Shown here: piece by piece, positions 1 through 16,440 of the stretch
How the letters are laid out: the number at the start of each line of letters is the position of its first letter
Position numbering within the stretch: position 1 is the first letter of the stretch
Assembly: GCF_009914755.1 (NCBI RefSeq)
Contig: NC_060925.1
DNA length: 64,000 nt
Origin: the human T2T-CHM13v2.0 reference genome, Homo sapiens
Direction: 5' to 3' (one strand)
The notes under the pieces: generated by a model
The model's database searches: none
Told to the model about the DNA's origin: nothing
The model's input: the letters and a program-made list of their open reading frames with translations, nothing else
Made by a program: the position numbers and the translations under genes

Positions 1-476
<476 letters not shown>

Positions 477-1040
477 ATCCATGCATGAGCTGTACTGTCA
501 CTCAAGAGACAGACCAGCAGATGTAGAAACTGCTAGGGTGTGTCAGATGAGAGATGTTTTTGATGCTGTGACAGAGATGTTTTTGATGCTGGGGACAGCT
601 GAGACTCTCATACATACAATTGGCTCTGGTATGCCTCAACTAGAAATAAAGCAGTACATAGGACACGAAACCCATCAGCCTCCACATCCTGTGAAAATCA
701 CTGCTGCACAATGGCTGCTGAGTGTCTTAATAGGTCTAATGACTGTGCTGCATGAATGTAAAGTAGGTTCTGTATGCAAAGGGTTAAGAAACTGGATGAT
801 ATAGTTAGTTTTGATATAAAAAGAAGGATTAATGATGACCGAATTTTTTTCAAATCTGCAATTCCTGTAACAGCTGATTAGTTCCGTGATGGTTAATCCA
901 GACAGACTAGCGTCACAATCTGGCCATCAAAAAGCAGTGACTCACCATTGCCAGAACGAGTACGTGTTAAATTGAATTGCAGTCTGGTTGGAGGCAGCTG
1001 TGGTGTGGCTCAGCAAATGTGGTCTTACATTTCCTTTTAA

Positions 1041-1427
<387 letters not shown>

Positions 1428-1449
1428 TCCCTGGGGCTTCTTTTTAATC

Positions 1450-1740
1450 ATATACCCTGCCTCACCTTCCCTTCCTGGAAATTGTCACCATCTTACTCTT
1501 ATTTCTTACTCTCCTGCTTTCCTTTATTTTTGCCACAGGAATCATGAATATATTGTTAAACAATCTATTTTTAGATTTGCTTGCTTTTGAACTTTATAAA
1601 AATGGTATCACATACTATATATTGTCTTTGGTGACTTGGTGCTTCTAAAATACATCCATGGAAATCCTTGGCTGTAGATTGTTAGTTACAACGGTATACT
1701 AGTCCATTGTGTGGACATACACAATTTAAAAAATCTATTA
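1450..1740 (-). mobile_element. Old L1M 3' fragment
   Basis: tttgaactttataaaaatggtatcacatact...tccattgtgtggacatac resembles the L1ME 3' end. Confidence 0.55.
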
Positions 1741-1829
1741 TAATAGTTTTTCTGGTTTTGGAGGTTGGATCCAGCTGGATATATTTGTGAAACCCCCAGA
1801 GAAGGCCAGGAAGATGGGAAAAGTAGCCA

Positions 1830-2520
1830 GAGGCCAGACATTTAGGCATTACAGGCCAGCATAAGGAGTGTGGATTTTGATTCTAAATCCATTGAGACTC
1901 TATCAAGGGGTTCTAAATAGGGACCTGATATGATTGAATTTATGATGATTTACTTCATTTTATCTTTCAGAGTATCCCATTTATCTGGTGAAACAGCCAT
2001 GAAAACAGGTAACTCTGGTTTAGTATGATAAGCGCATTAGTTGGTTTGGTGATGAGTCTCTGCTCTTTGCCAACCCGATCCTGACTCAGGCCCTTCTATA
2101 TTCACCACCACAAAACAAGTCGGCTGTTAGGGGCTTGCAGATTGGAATAAAGCTATAAGTCACCACCAATCCTTCTCTTTTTCAAAATATATCATCCTAA
2201 CTTCTTAACCGTTTACATGCAGAACCTACTTTGCATTGATTTGCTAGATATATTAGTAGAATCCTAGGGCAAGCTATTCATGAAGCATTTGGTAGAGGAG
2301 GAAGAATCTGTAAAAAGTGACTAGGAAAGATTAGTTGGAGCAAAAGGACTAGAACCAAGAAAGAGGAATTTAGAAGGAGGCTGGCTTTCAGTGTATAAAG
2401 AAGGCAGTGGCTGGCAGGATTAAATAAAGGCTATGGGTTTGCAAATTACAGATAGTCCTTTGGATTTACCAGTTAGGAGGTCATCAGTGACCTTTTGATA
2501 GTAGCTTAGGAAAGACACGG
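1830..2520 (-). mobile_element. L2 fragments
   Basis: ggagtgtggattttgattct and ggaggtcatcagtgacc L2-like motifs; discontinuous. Confidence 0.45.
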
Positions 2521-3870
2521 GCATGGAACTACTGAGCACCTAATGAAGGAAAGAGTATTGAAATGGTAATATGACGTATTCAGGTTAGGAGAAAGAGAAT
2601 TCTCAGGTAGTAAAGATAAAGCATACACATAGAAATGAGTTTTGGGGGACTCTTTGGAGATAACCTCAGAACGAAAGTAAAATGTTGCAGTGGAGAGTTA
2701 GCCTAATCAAGAAACAGAGAGATGACTAAGTGACCTTCCCACACATGAACACAATATTTTGTCTCATCCTTTGTTCAATTTAGAGACTGACCTTTGCTAA
2801 AATGCCGGTGACAAGGAGACAGAGGCCAGTGAGAAGGGAGGACATTTATCTGTCAATGAAGGCAGCTGATACTAGTTAGATTTTTCATAATCTGTTAGAG
2901 TTGAGCTGACAAGCAAAGAAATTGCTTCATATTGCATATTAATTTCCCGAGAAGTCAATAGTGAGAACTCTGAAACTCCAGCTGCATAAGAGAAAGAGAT
3001 TCCAAACACCATAAGATCTTGCAGTTAAACTGATCAGAATTAATGACATAATCCTTTCCGCATATGTTGTTGCTATAGGAAGCCTTCTGGGAGTACCTGT
3101 CCTAGCATTGATGTGTAACCCTTGGGCAGGGTAAACCCAGAGTCAGGTTAGCTGCAATGACCTGGCCTGCCACAGCAGCGGGGAGTTGGGGAAAAGCCTA
3201 CATTCCAAGCAAGACTGAGTGTGGCTGCAAAGAAGGATGTTGGTTCCCAGGAGCAGAGGACTGGGGCAGAAATGAGGAGGTGGCTGAAGAGTGCTTCATC
3301 TCCCTGCTGTCTTAGGAGGAACGTGGCTCCTGCCCTTTCTCCCAATTATGAGATGAGAAGATGCTGACTCAGGTTTCTCTGCTCTACATGGTGCAAGTTT
3401 TTAAGTTTCCTCAAATTACGGAATACAATTGACAAGAGAAGAACTACTTTTCGGGAGCCATAAATAACCTTTATTAAAGCTTAATGTTATCAAGAGTGTA
3501 TTTTTCAGAGACTTACGTAACTCATTTTCTGTTAAATAATAGGCACAGTTGCATGACTTGCAAGGTTTTGGCAGAATAAATAGTCTTTGACAAAAATAAT
3601 ACATAGTCTACTTTTATTTAAAATTAGATAACGATGGACTTTAGCTATACTGAAGTACCATTTGAGGTACAATGGTGGACTTATGAACGGTCTAGGAGGT
3701 CCACAGCTTTGTGTTCATACATTAATATTTATCAGATGATAATGCTTATATTTTTCTAGCATAAATTTATTAGGTTTTAAATTTTTTTAATTAAAAGTAT
3801 ACAGAACTTACTATGGTCTTGCTGAAAGTGATGTCAGTTTTGTCTTTAGTTGAGTTGAAGGTTATCTTAG

Positions 3871-4308
<438 letters not shown>

Positions 4309-6185
4309 ACATAGAGGTCCTTTATACCAAAACTTCCTGAGCAGCACTATTTTACAGGCAGTGTTAACATAATTGTAACATATTTAGATCTTGGCATATT
4401 TTTCAATATTGGCTTTAGTTAAATTTTGTGCTCCATATATCTAAAACAGAACTCATTATCTTTCCTGCACGTGCTACTTTGCCTCTCACATTCTCTATTT
4501 CTAGCACCTTCACTCCTGGTCATTAGATTGGCAGCCCTTGGATTCAAAAGAAGCATCTCTGACTCTCTCTCGGTGCTCCTGTGTCAGTCAAATAACAAAC
4601 CTTTGGGTACTTATGTGCAGTGGGGATACACACACACAGAGGATAAGATTCCCTTCCTCATAACCTCCTGGTCTGGTTGGGACAGGAAGTGATGGTGTGT
4701 GGTTGCGCATTCTCAGGGTAAAGCGAATGGCATTGACCAGTGCTGTGGAAATTCTCAAGGCTATTATCTCTCTGGGGCCGTTAGACTTTTAGAGGTATAG
4801 ACAACAAGTGAGTCCAAAGTGAGTGAAGGCCAAGCAAGCATAAACCTTTTGGCTCTTCCTTTGCTGTTTTTGTACACCAAGGTTAAACAGCAACATAGCT
4901 CCTGGACACTTCTGCCACACAGTCTTCACTGAGTATAGCACCTGTTTCCTTAGGTGCCTGGCTGGAGGATTTTATTGTCAGGATTGCACTGACACAAATC
5001 TATCCCTAGGTCTTAGGCCCCTGCTTTCTTCAGTTTCAGGAGTCTGAGGGTTGTCCCTGCAGGCTCTCATGGGTCTACAACCTGGGAGCTGATTTTTCCC
5101 TTGAAACCTAAAGCCCTCTTGTAGGTAAATGCCACATCCTGATCCGTGAAGATGGGATATTGCCTTGCAGGGCTTTACAGCTGTGAATTAGAAAAATGTT
5201 TTTCTCTCTCTCTTTCTCTTTTTCTGTGTTCCTTTCCCAGACATAATTACTCCCTGTGGCAAAGCTCCCTGTTAGTACAGACAGTGCATTTAGCACTATT
5301 TTAACACAGGCGTGATGGTTATGTTTGCCTCTTTTATAACATGCCATTCTGTATGTAAAAACAAGTATCGTACTAAGGTCCTGCAAGAGCCTTAGTACAA
5401 TAATGAGAAATCCGCATTCCACTGTCAGTCTAATGCAGGGACATCTTAGCGTCTGTTTAACTGGACTCAATTGAACACCTGGAGCTGTGTATTGAAATGG
5501 CTTGAATTTTTAACTTTTATGGTATCAATGATCCCTAATTTTAGGCCAGATGCTTTGGTTTACATTTGTGTTTTTTCAACTTTGATTCCCAAGATTGAAA
5601 GATTTATTCTGGCTGAGGATTCTGGGCGTTCCTTCTAATGGATCGGCAGAAGCAGAACAAGACCCACTTGCATAAGAGTCCCCATCACTGTGCCGAAAAG
5701 CACAGGCTGACATTTCCCTCATGTCCCCAGAAATCCCATCATCTTGATTGACTGTTGAAAACAGAGAGAAAAGCCTTCAAAACATAATTATTCGCATCTC
5801 CTTGTGGCTGTGGCATAGCTGAAGCCTGCAGTAAATTTTCAGCATCTGGATATATTTGTGTCAAATAGCTGCAGAGCTGATAGGCTGCGGAGGCTGCAGC
5901 CCGCATTGAGCAGCCTCCAGAGAGCCTTGCTCTGCCGGCCTTGAGCTCCTTCCACTGCGGCTTTTTGAGGAGGAGACACATGCCTGAGAGCAGCTCTGGG
6001 ACTTGCCCTGACAAGTGAAGGGAACTTGTGGAAGGGAGGTCAGCTTTTTGCGAACTCTGAAAGTCAAAGATAGAGGTGGCTGTGTTGAGTTTAGAAAGTG
6101 AATCAATGGGACAGTTGGCACCCCTACCTTCCAAATTCAGATTAGCCTTGTAGTAAAAGTATAGTGGCAAGAATGTCACATAGAC

Positions 6186-6452
6186 TTTTTTTTTTTTTTT
6201 GAGGTGGAGTCTCACTCTGTCGCTCAGGCTGGAGTGCAGTGGCGTGATCTCAGCTCACTGCGACCTCTGCTTCCTGGGTTCAAGTGATTCTCCTGTGTCA
6301 GCCTCCTGAGTAGCTGAGATTACAGGTCTCTAGTAGAGATGGGGTTTTACCATGTTGGCCAGGATGGTTGTCTCGATCTCCTGACCTTGTGATCTGCCTG
6401 CCTCGGCCTCCCAAAGTGCTGGAATTACAGGCGTGAGCCAACACGCCCGGCC
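6186..6452 (-). mobile_element. Alu (AluSc-like) lacking the central linker
   Basis: tacaggtctctagtagagat junction at ~6327; flanked by gacttttt at 6183 and 6453. Confidence 0.92.
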
Positions 6453-6455
6453 GAC

Positions 6456-6760
<305 letters not shown>

Positions 6761-7454
6761 CACATAGAGTTGTAAATCATGAAACTGTTCTGGACAGAAA
6801 GCAGATGGCAGAATCACAATCTTCTGTGTCCAGAGAGACTTTGAGATTATTTTAAGAACCTAAGTACACCTTTTAGAGCAGGGATTTCTTGGATTTGAAT
6901 TTTTAGGTTACAATTTGCTTTTTAGTTGTATTGCCTGCAAAAAATCTTAAATCTCTTTGCTGTTTGTGACATTGTGCATACTTCTCAATGATCTTCCCTC
7001 TTCATACTTTAACTTACTCCTCTCCTTGCCCAGATCACTAAAGCGGCATGACTCAGCCAGCAGAATTGTCATCATCCCCAGGCCTTGAGCAGCTAGTTTG
7101 AAAAACTGAAATAGATCTGGCCTCATTGAATGCTGTTTTAGGTGAAGGAAGGTAATTTTGCTCTGGCAGGTTGGCGAATTAGTATGTTACAGCTGTAAAT
7201 GTATTTCTCCAAAGGTGGTTTTCTAGCATCGTGTGCCTCAATTCAGTTGTTTCTTTAAAGTTCAGCATTGCTTTTTTTTTTTCACCTATTCATTCTTGGT
7301 TAATTAGGAAAAGACAGCATCTGTTGTGGGTTTTGTTGTCTGGTGTAGATGACTGTTTAATCAGAGAAGGCATTATGTCTTGCAGTTAGCAGTTTGACCC
7401 TTTGCAGCACAGGCTTGGGGCGTGACCTCAGGATGTGACTGCACCAAACCTTAC

Positions 7455-7550
7455 TATTTTATAGAAAATGGGGATAATAATTCTGATCTAACAATTTGGA
7501 TGATTAAATGAGATAATACATGTAAACCTCTGAGCTCAGTGCCTGGCAGT
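7455..7550 (+). mobile_element. MIR fragment
   Basis: aaaatggggataataa...gattaaatgagataa...cagtgcctggca. Confidence 0.7.
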
Positions 7551-7568
7551 TATCATTAGGTTATTTAA

Positions 7569-7808
<240 letters not shown>

Positions 7809-8445
7809 TAGGGAGTCTAGGGTTGCAGCATTATTTTGTAGACTCGATGCGGACTGCCTTAATATTTTACAGCATTTTTATTTTGTCTTCTTGTTTTTTA
7901 TTGTGATAAAAACATAAAACATTAAATTTCCCATCTTAGCCATCCTCAGGCATATAATTTAAAAGTGTTAACCGTATCCACATTGCTATGCAATCAATCT
8001 CCAGGACTTTGTCATCTTGCAAAACTGAAATTCTGTACCCATTTAATACTAATTTTCCCTTCCTCCCCCGTCCTCCTCCCAGCCCTTGACAACCACCTTT
8101 CTACTTTGTTTCTGTGATTTTGATTACTTCAGATACTTGATGTGAGTGGAATAATACAGCATTTGCCCTCTTGTGACTGGCTTGTTTCCCTTAGCATGAT
8201 ATTCCTGAGCTTCATCTATGGTGTGGCATGCCATAGAATTTCCTTCTTTTAAGGCTTCATAATGTCACGTTGTGTATATATTTATCTGTATACATGACAG
8301 TTTCTTTATCTGTTCGTCTGTTAATGGACATGTGGGCTGCTTCCACCTTTTAGCTATTGTGAATCATGCTGCAGTGAACACAGGTGTGCAAATTATCTCT
8401 TTGAGATTCTGCATCTTGTATATGTCTTTTGGATATAGATACCCA

Positions 8446-9220
<775 letters not shown>

Positions 9221-9531
9221 TAATGGCTGCACCATTTTACATTCCCACCAACAGTGCGTAGTGTTCTGATTTCTCTGCAGCCTTGCCAACACTTGCTATT
9301 TTCCTTTCTGTTGATAGTGGCCATCCTAATGGGTGTCAGGTGATATTGTGATTTTGATTTGCATTTCTCTTATTGAGGTATTGAGCGTCTTTTTGTATGC
9401 TTCTTGGCCATTTGTATATATTCTTTGGAGTATTGTCTATCAAGTCCTTTGCCCATTTCAAAATCAGGGTTTTTTGGTTGTTGCTGAGTTGCAGAAGTTT
9501 CTTATTCTGGGTATTAATTCCTTATCAGATA

Positions 9532-9847
9532 CAGTTGTCTCTCTGTGTGTTCCTTATCTTTGGATTCAATTAACTGCAGATTGAAACTATTTGGGAAAAA
9601 AACCAATACAAATAACGACACAACAATAAAAAATACAAATAAAAAATACTGCCTAACAACTATTTATATAACAGTCACATGGTATTAGGTATTATAAGTA
9701 ATCTAGAAATGATTTAAAGTATACAGGAGAATGTGCATAGGCTGCATGTGAATATGACACCATTTGATATCAGGGACTTGGGCATCCACTGATTCTAGTA
9801 TCCATTGGTTCTGGAACCAGTCCTCTGAAGATGCCGAGGGATGACTA
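9532..9847 (-). mobile_element. MER2 (TcMar-Tigger) non-autonomous DNA transposon
   Basis: cagttgtc... and ...ccgagggatgacta termini flanked by TA. Confidence 0.8.
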
Positions 9848-11119
9848 TATAAGATTTGCAAATATTTTCCCCCATTCTGTAAGCTGCGTTTTTACTCTGT
9901 TGACTGTTTCCTTTGATTTGCAGAGGGTTTTTAAGTTTGATGTAGTCCCAGTTTATTTTTGTTTTTGTGGCCTACGCTTTTGGTGTCGTATCCAAGAAAT
10001 CATTGCCAAACCCATTGTCTGGAAGCTTTCCCCCTGTTTTCTTCTAGGAGTTTTATAGTTTCATGTGTTAGTTTAGGTCTTTAATCCATTTTGAATTAAT
10101 TTTTGTATATGGTATAAGGTGTGGGTCCAATTTCATTATTTTATTTGTGGATATCCAGTTTTCCCAGCACCATTTTGTTGAAGAGACTGTCCTTTCCCCA
10201 TTTTGTAGTCTTGGTACCCTTGTCAAAAGTCATTGGCCATATAGGCAAGGGTTTATTTCCAGGCTCTCTATTCTGTTCCATCGGCCTATATAAGTTTCTG
10301 TGCCACTACCACACTGTCTGATTACTGTCATTTTGTAGTATGTTTTGAAATCAGGGAGTATGAGGCCTCAGCTTTGCTCTTTTTCAATATTTTTTGGCTA
10401 TTTGGGGTTCCTTGAGATTGCATTTGAATTTTATGGGTTTTTTTTTTTTCCTTTTTCTACAAAGAATATCATTGAAATTTTGATAGGAATTGCATTGAGT
10501 CTTGACTGTCTTAGATTTTATCGGGAAGAAGCTGTTTACCAGGCTGAGCAAGAAATGTGAGCTGTTGGATAGAAAACACTTCTTTTGCTGCGGAGGGGCT
10601 TGCGTTGCCAAGTGCGTGTTCCGATTGAGGCTGGATAAAAGAACGGCACAATCAAACTGTGCAGTGCAGTCTGTGAACAAATTGTCTCCAGCTCGAAATG
10701 ATGAAAAGAATATTTTAACAACTTTTGACTTCATTTAATGATCTAAACAGTGATTATTTCTTATTCTTGCTGAGAAATACCGGTTTTATGTGAAAAACCC
10801 TCAATTAACAATTTAAGATAGCAAATGACTAATGGAAATTTTTGCCAGAGGAAGAAGTCAGATAGGAGCTCTCTGTTGTTGTTGCTGTTGTTACTTGCCA
10901 AATAATATTTGCTACATTTTTGGGTCAGTAATGAGGCTTAAGTGAGAATAAGTGGGTTTTGTATATCTAAGTCCCTAATTAACAACAGTGATACCTTTTT
11001 GAATTCCTTCCATGGTCTTATCACCTGCTGTGAAGTAGGTGAAGTAGGCAGAACAGGAGTTTTTGGAAAATATTCAGTATGAAGATACTGAGCTTAGAGA
11101 AGTCAGGTGATTTGTTTGA

Positions 11120-11533
<414 letters not shown>

Positions 11534-12059
11534 AACAAAACCATTTTAGATAGCATATAATACATTTATTAGTAATTCCAAATTCTGTGATCTCACTTAA
11601 TAGAAACCACACATTCTACTAGTAGGCCAATTAATTAGCCTTAAGGCATTGCCTTTACACAGGAGTCAAAAGATTATGGGAGACATTAATCATCTTAAAA
11701 TTCAAGAAAGGAAGGTAGAGGGCATTTATTTTCCGCTAAGGGGTTTAGAACAGAGATACGTAACTTAAGTATAGCTTACTAAGAGCCAGTTGTTTTGATT
11801 TTTATTTTACTTCATTTAAATGTGCTTCTTCAATTAATAGCAGTAAATACTCATCAATATGTATGATCTGTGATAGTATTCTAGATAATATATATAGTTA
11901 AATTATTTGATGTTATTTAGAATCCAAACCTAATGACACAGATAAAGCAGATGTGTTTTTCAGTATCCTTCCGAATCCCAAATCCGTGGGCAAGGTAACA
12001 CCTGTTTGGAGTTTCTCTAAAAATTACCTTTCTCTGCCTTTAAAAAATATCTTGAATGC

Positions 12060-12502
12060 GGCCAGGCGTGGTGGCTCACGCCTGTAATCCCAGCATTTTG
12101 GGAGGCCGAGGTGGGCGGATCACGAGGTCAGGAGATCAAGACCATCCTGGCTAACATGGTGAAACCTCCGTCTCTGCTAAAAGTACAAAAAAAAAAAAAA
12201 AAAAAAAAAAAAAGAAGGCCGGGTGCGGTGGCTCAAGTCTGTAATCACAGCACTTTGGGAGGCCGAGGTGGGTGGATCACGAGGTCAGGAGATCGAGACT
12301 ATCGTGGCTAACATGGTGAAACCCCGTCTCTACTAAAAATACAAAAAATATTAGCCAGGCATGGTGGCGGGAGCCTGTAGTCCCAGCTACTCGGGAGGCT
12401 GAGGCAGGCGTGAACCCGGGAGGTGGAGCTTGCAGTGAGCAGAGATCGCGCCACTGCACTCCAGCCTGGGCAACAGAGTGGGACTCCATCTAAAAAACAA
12501 AC
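12060..12502 (+). mobile_element. Composite AluY-like element: left arm + poly(A) + full dimer
   Basis: Single 17-bp TSD aaaaatatcttgaatgc at 12043-12059 and 12503-12519. Confidence 0.93.
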
Positions 12503-14312
12503 AAAAATATCTTGAATGCTTTTGAGTGACTCCTTCTAACTTGTCACAATGGTGATGTTCAGTGATTAAAATGTGGAATCCTGAGGGAGTTCATTGCATG
12601 TCACAAATCAGTACTTCTACTCCCCTCAGCACTAAGCATTGAATACTGCTTTTTTTTGAAGGGGTGAGGGGGAAGAAGCTGTTTTAAATTGCAGATGTAT
12701 TTGGATTTCTTTTTTATGTAACTCACATTTCTTATTTTCCAAAAGCTCTGGAAACGAGTTGCATATTTCCACTGATGTCAAAACTGATGATCCTCACAAA
12801 GAAGCACAAATATGATATAAAACTATAAAACAAAAATATTGATAGCAAGACTTTGACCAGATTCCAGAAGAATGTATTTGTTACATCTCTGTCACTTTTT
12901 TCCTCACTGCATTTCTAATAGTTTAATAAAAAATCTCTTATGAAGAAAAGATTGCCTTTCTCTTGCGTCAAACATTCTCATAACTTTTCATTCTATCTTG
13001 AAGTTTTCCTTTTTTCTTCTAAACTTTGAAGAAACAGAATCCTTTTGATGTCTTTGAGTATTTGCCATTGATTAGAGCACTTGGAAAGGAATTTTGCTTG
13101 GAAATAAATGTCTTTTCCCTGCATTCTAAATATTTCCTTTGCATAAATGCATTTCATTTCTTCTTTTCTTGACCTTGACATAGTTGCTGGCAGAGTACAG
13201 CAAGGAACTCTATGAATTTTGAGTTCCTTGGCTTCTACTGATTTCCTTTTCTTATCCTGGACATTCAGGGCTGGCTTGGAGAGACCCGGATTAGAAATCT
13301 AGAGAAGAAAAGAGATTTTTTGGCTGTCGCAGTTCTATCAGGCACAAAGTCAAGAATATTAATGAATTCATTATTTATAACCCCTTTGTTGGACCCACCG
13401 TACTATACATGAGTGAGAAACAGCGGCAAGGAGCTCATAGTGCAGCCTCTGAGATTCCCGTGTGGGAGAGGTAGGCCTGGGAATATTGAGCAGTGGTGGC
13501 AAGTCCAGGAGAACAAGGGGCAGAATCCAGGGCAGGTGGCCGAGACAGGAAGGGATCGGGAGGGCCCAGAGCACTAGAAAGGCAGGTGCTGGGGTGACAG
13601 AGTTAAGGAAATCAATACTGACCACCAATATAGACACTGCCCACCAATGTAGACTCTGACCCTGACCCAGAGGCGGGTCCATACTCCTGTACTGAAGTAG
13701 GGGAGAGCGAGTGAGCAGGGCTGTCAGAAGTGTTCTTGTGGGAGAGAAAGATGACAAAGCATCTTTGCTTCTCCTTGAGGCTGCCAAGAAAAGCCAGGAG
13801 TTTGAAGAGGTTTTAGCTGTAAGTTTCCAAACATCATGCTGTCTTCAATTGAATCTTTCCTTGGCATCTAGAAAGGTGGCTGAAGAATAGTGGGAGGAAA
13901 CCTGGGCTAGAATTTTGCTTTCTGTAGGAATTACCTGAACTGCAGTTTCTTCATAGGTAAAGTGAGGAATCTTAAGAATAGGATGATGTGTGTACAAGTG
14001 GCTCACACAGTGCCTGGCACCTATTAGGGCATCACTAAATGTTTATTCACTGACCTGTGAATAGGTATGTTAAGATTTTTCCAAACTCTTTTAGGTCTTT
14101 TATTACTGAATTCATGATCATAAACATATTTTCTTATAATTTTCCTAATGTTTACTTTTACTAGAAAAGTTGAACGTGCTCATTGTATACATTTTATAAA
14201 ATGTAAAATACAGAAAATACAGAAAATGCAGAAAAATAAACTTCAATTCTGAAAGTATTTAATTTAAAGTGAAAATTAAATGACCCAATATCTCGGCACT
14301 TAGCAATAACCA

Positions 14313-14598
<286 letters not shown>

Positions 14599-14679
14599 TC
14601 CTTCAATCTTTTCTATACATTCATTAGGAAGTGTTCTCTATTTGCCTTTAGCACATATGTATGCATATATTGAAGGAGT

Positions 14680-14920
14680 GTGGATTAGTGGTTAACAAAT
14701 ATCATATTTGGCATCAAATTGGCATAGGCTCTAGTCTGGTCATTGTATACCCTTGGGTTAGCTATTTGTCCCCTTTTGACCTGTTTCCTCATCAGTAAAA
14801 GGAGGTAATACTGCCCACTTCATTGTGCAGAAATGAGGAATAAATGAGAATATATGTATAGGGCTTAAGAAATTACCCGGGAAGTAATGAGCACTCAACC
14901 GACGTTAACATTGCTTATTA
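14680..14920 (+). mobile_element. MIR
   Basis: tagtggttaa...ctgtttcctcatcagtaaaa...taaatgagaat. Confidence 0.7.
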
Positions 14921-15469
14921 TTGTTGAATTGTGAATATTAATGACAAAAACAATTATATGAGAAAGGTGCTTTATAATTTCAGTGTTAAAATAGCCAATG
15001 ATCTTAGCATGTCTTGTCCGGCATGTTGTAAAACATTTGGGTATTGAAGAGTTCCTGAAAGAAATTCATGCGACCTTTTAAGGACATCGTAGCAGTGCTT
15101 TGCTTTTTATAAGAAATCATTAATTACAAATGTCAAGTTAATGGCAGCTTAAGAAACAACTGAGTATATTGTGGTCTAGGAAGTGTCCTTTTGGTAGGCT
15201 TTTCATGTTCTAGTAACAAATTATCTTCAGAAGCATTTTTAACTACAATAAATATATTGAGACAAAATTTAAAAAAATTTTGGAGTCAGATAACTTGGGT
15301 AGAACATGGAAACATACTTGTCTGGCTCTATAATAATAAAATTGCCTTCTATGTTTTATGGTATACCTTGTGCTTTTCAAAGTGTTTTCATTTGCATTAT
15401 CTTATTCACTTCTCCACAAAATTCTAATAGCTAGCTAGATATTAAAATGACAATCTCTAATTTAAAATT

Positions 15470-16440
15470 TTTCTTCTATGTCTTTGAAAATTTTCTAGGT
15501 TTTACTTTTCATAATTGCTTATTGACTCCACTTAGAATTTATTTGGGGAGTTAACTTCATTTTTTCCATATTGATAGTGATTTATTGTTGTTCATTTTTA
15601 ACCTGATTATTTTATATGTCAGCTCTGACATATATCAAATTGTCCTACACTTATGGATCTCATTTGATCTTTGCAAGTCTGGGCCAGTATCACATTATTT
15701 TAATAACTATGGCTTTACAGTAAGTCTTGATGAGAAGTACTCTACCTTGCTTTCATTTTTAAGATGTTCCTAACTATTCCGGGCACTTTGCATTTTGACA
15801 CAAACTTAAGAATCAGCTTGTCAAAGTCTGTAAGATACACAGTCAGTATTTTAATTGGAATGGCATTGAATTTATGTATCAATTTGGGAGCAGTTCATAA
15901 CTTTATAATATTGAGCCTTTCTATCCATAAACATGGTATAGCTCTACATTTATTTTGTTCCTGTTTAAAGTAACTGATAAAGTTTTATAATTATATTAAA
16001 AAATTCTTATGCATCTTTTGCTATTTATATTCTTAAGTGTGTCATTTTTTTCTTGCTGTTGTGAATGGAATCTTTAAAAACATATATGTTCTGTTTGTTC
16101 CTGAAATATATTAAGTAAAGTGATTTTTAAAAATATACTGGTCTTATATTTAGCTACCTTGCTGAATTGTCATTCAAATAATTTACCGAAAGATTCCATA
16201 GCCAATCATATTGTCTGTGAATAATGTCTTTTGTAATCCTCATACCTTTTTTATTGTCGTTTCATTGCACTAGCTCATACCTTCAGCACAGGGTTCAACA
16301 GAAGTGGTAAAAAGCAGGCATTAACTATGATATTTGCTATAGGATTTCAATACACTGTATCAAGTTAAATTCCCATTCATCTCAATTTACTGAGTTTTCA
16401 TAAATTGGTGTAAATTTTATTAAGTACTTTTCTACTTTCA
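15470..16440 (-). mobile_element. Old L1M ORF2 3' fragment
   Basis: agaatcagcttgtcaaa and attggaatggcattgaattt L1 motifs. Confidence 0.75.

Noticed and set aside
551-597. 23-bp tandem duplication gagatgtttttgatgctg
   Set aside because: Real but an ordinary slippage duplication with no evident motif.
826-885. Box C (ATGATGA) and box D (CTGA) with a terminal stem
   Set aside because: Only 46 nt from box C to box D, and the stem is out of K-turn register; expected by chance.
10692-10778. C/D snoRNA-like spacing (ATGATGA 10698, CTGA 10770)
   Set aside because: No convincing terminal stem or recognisable guide sequence.
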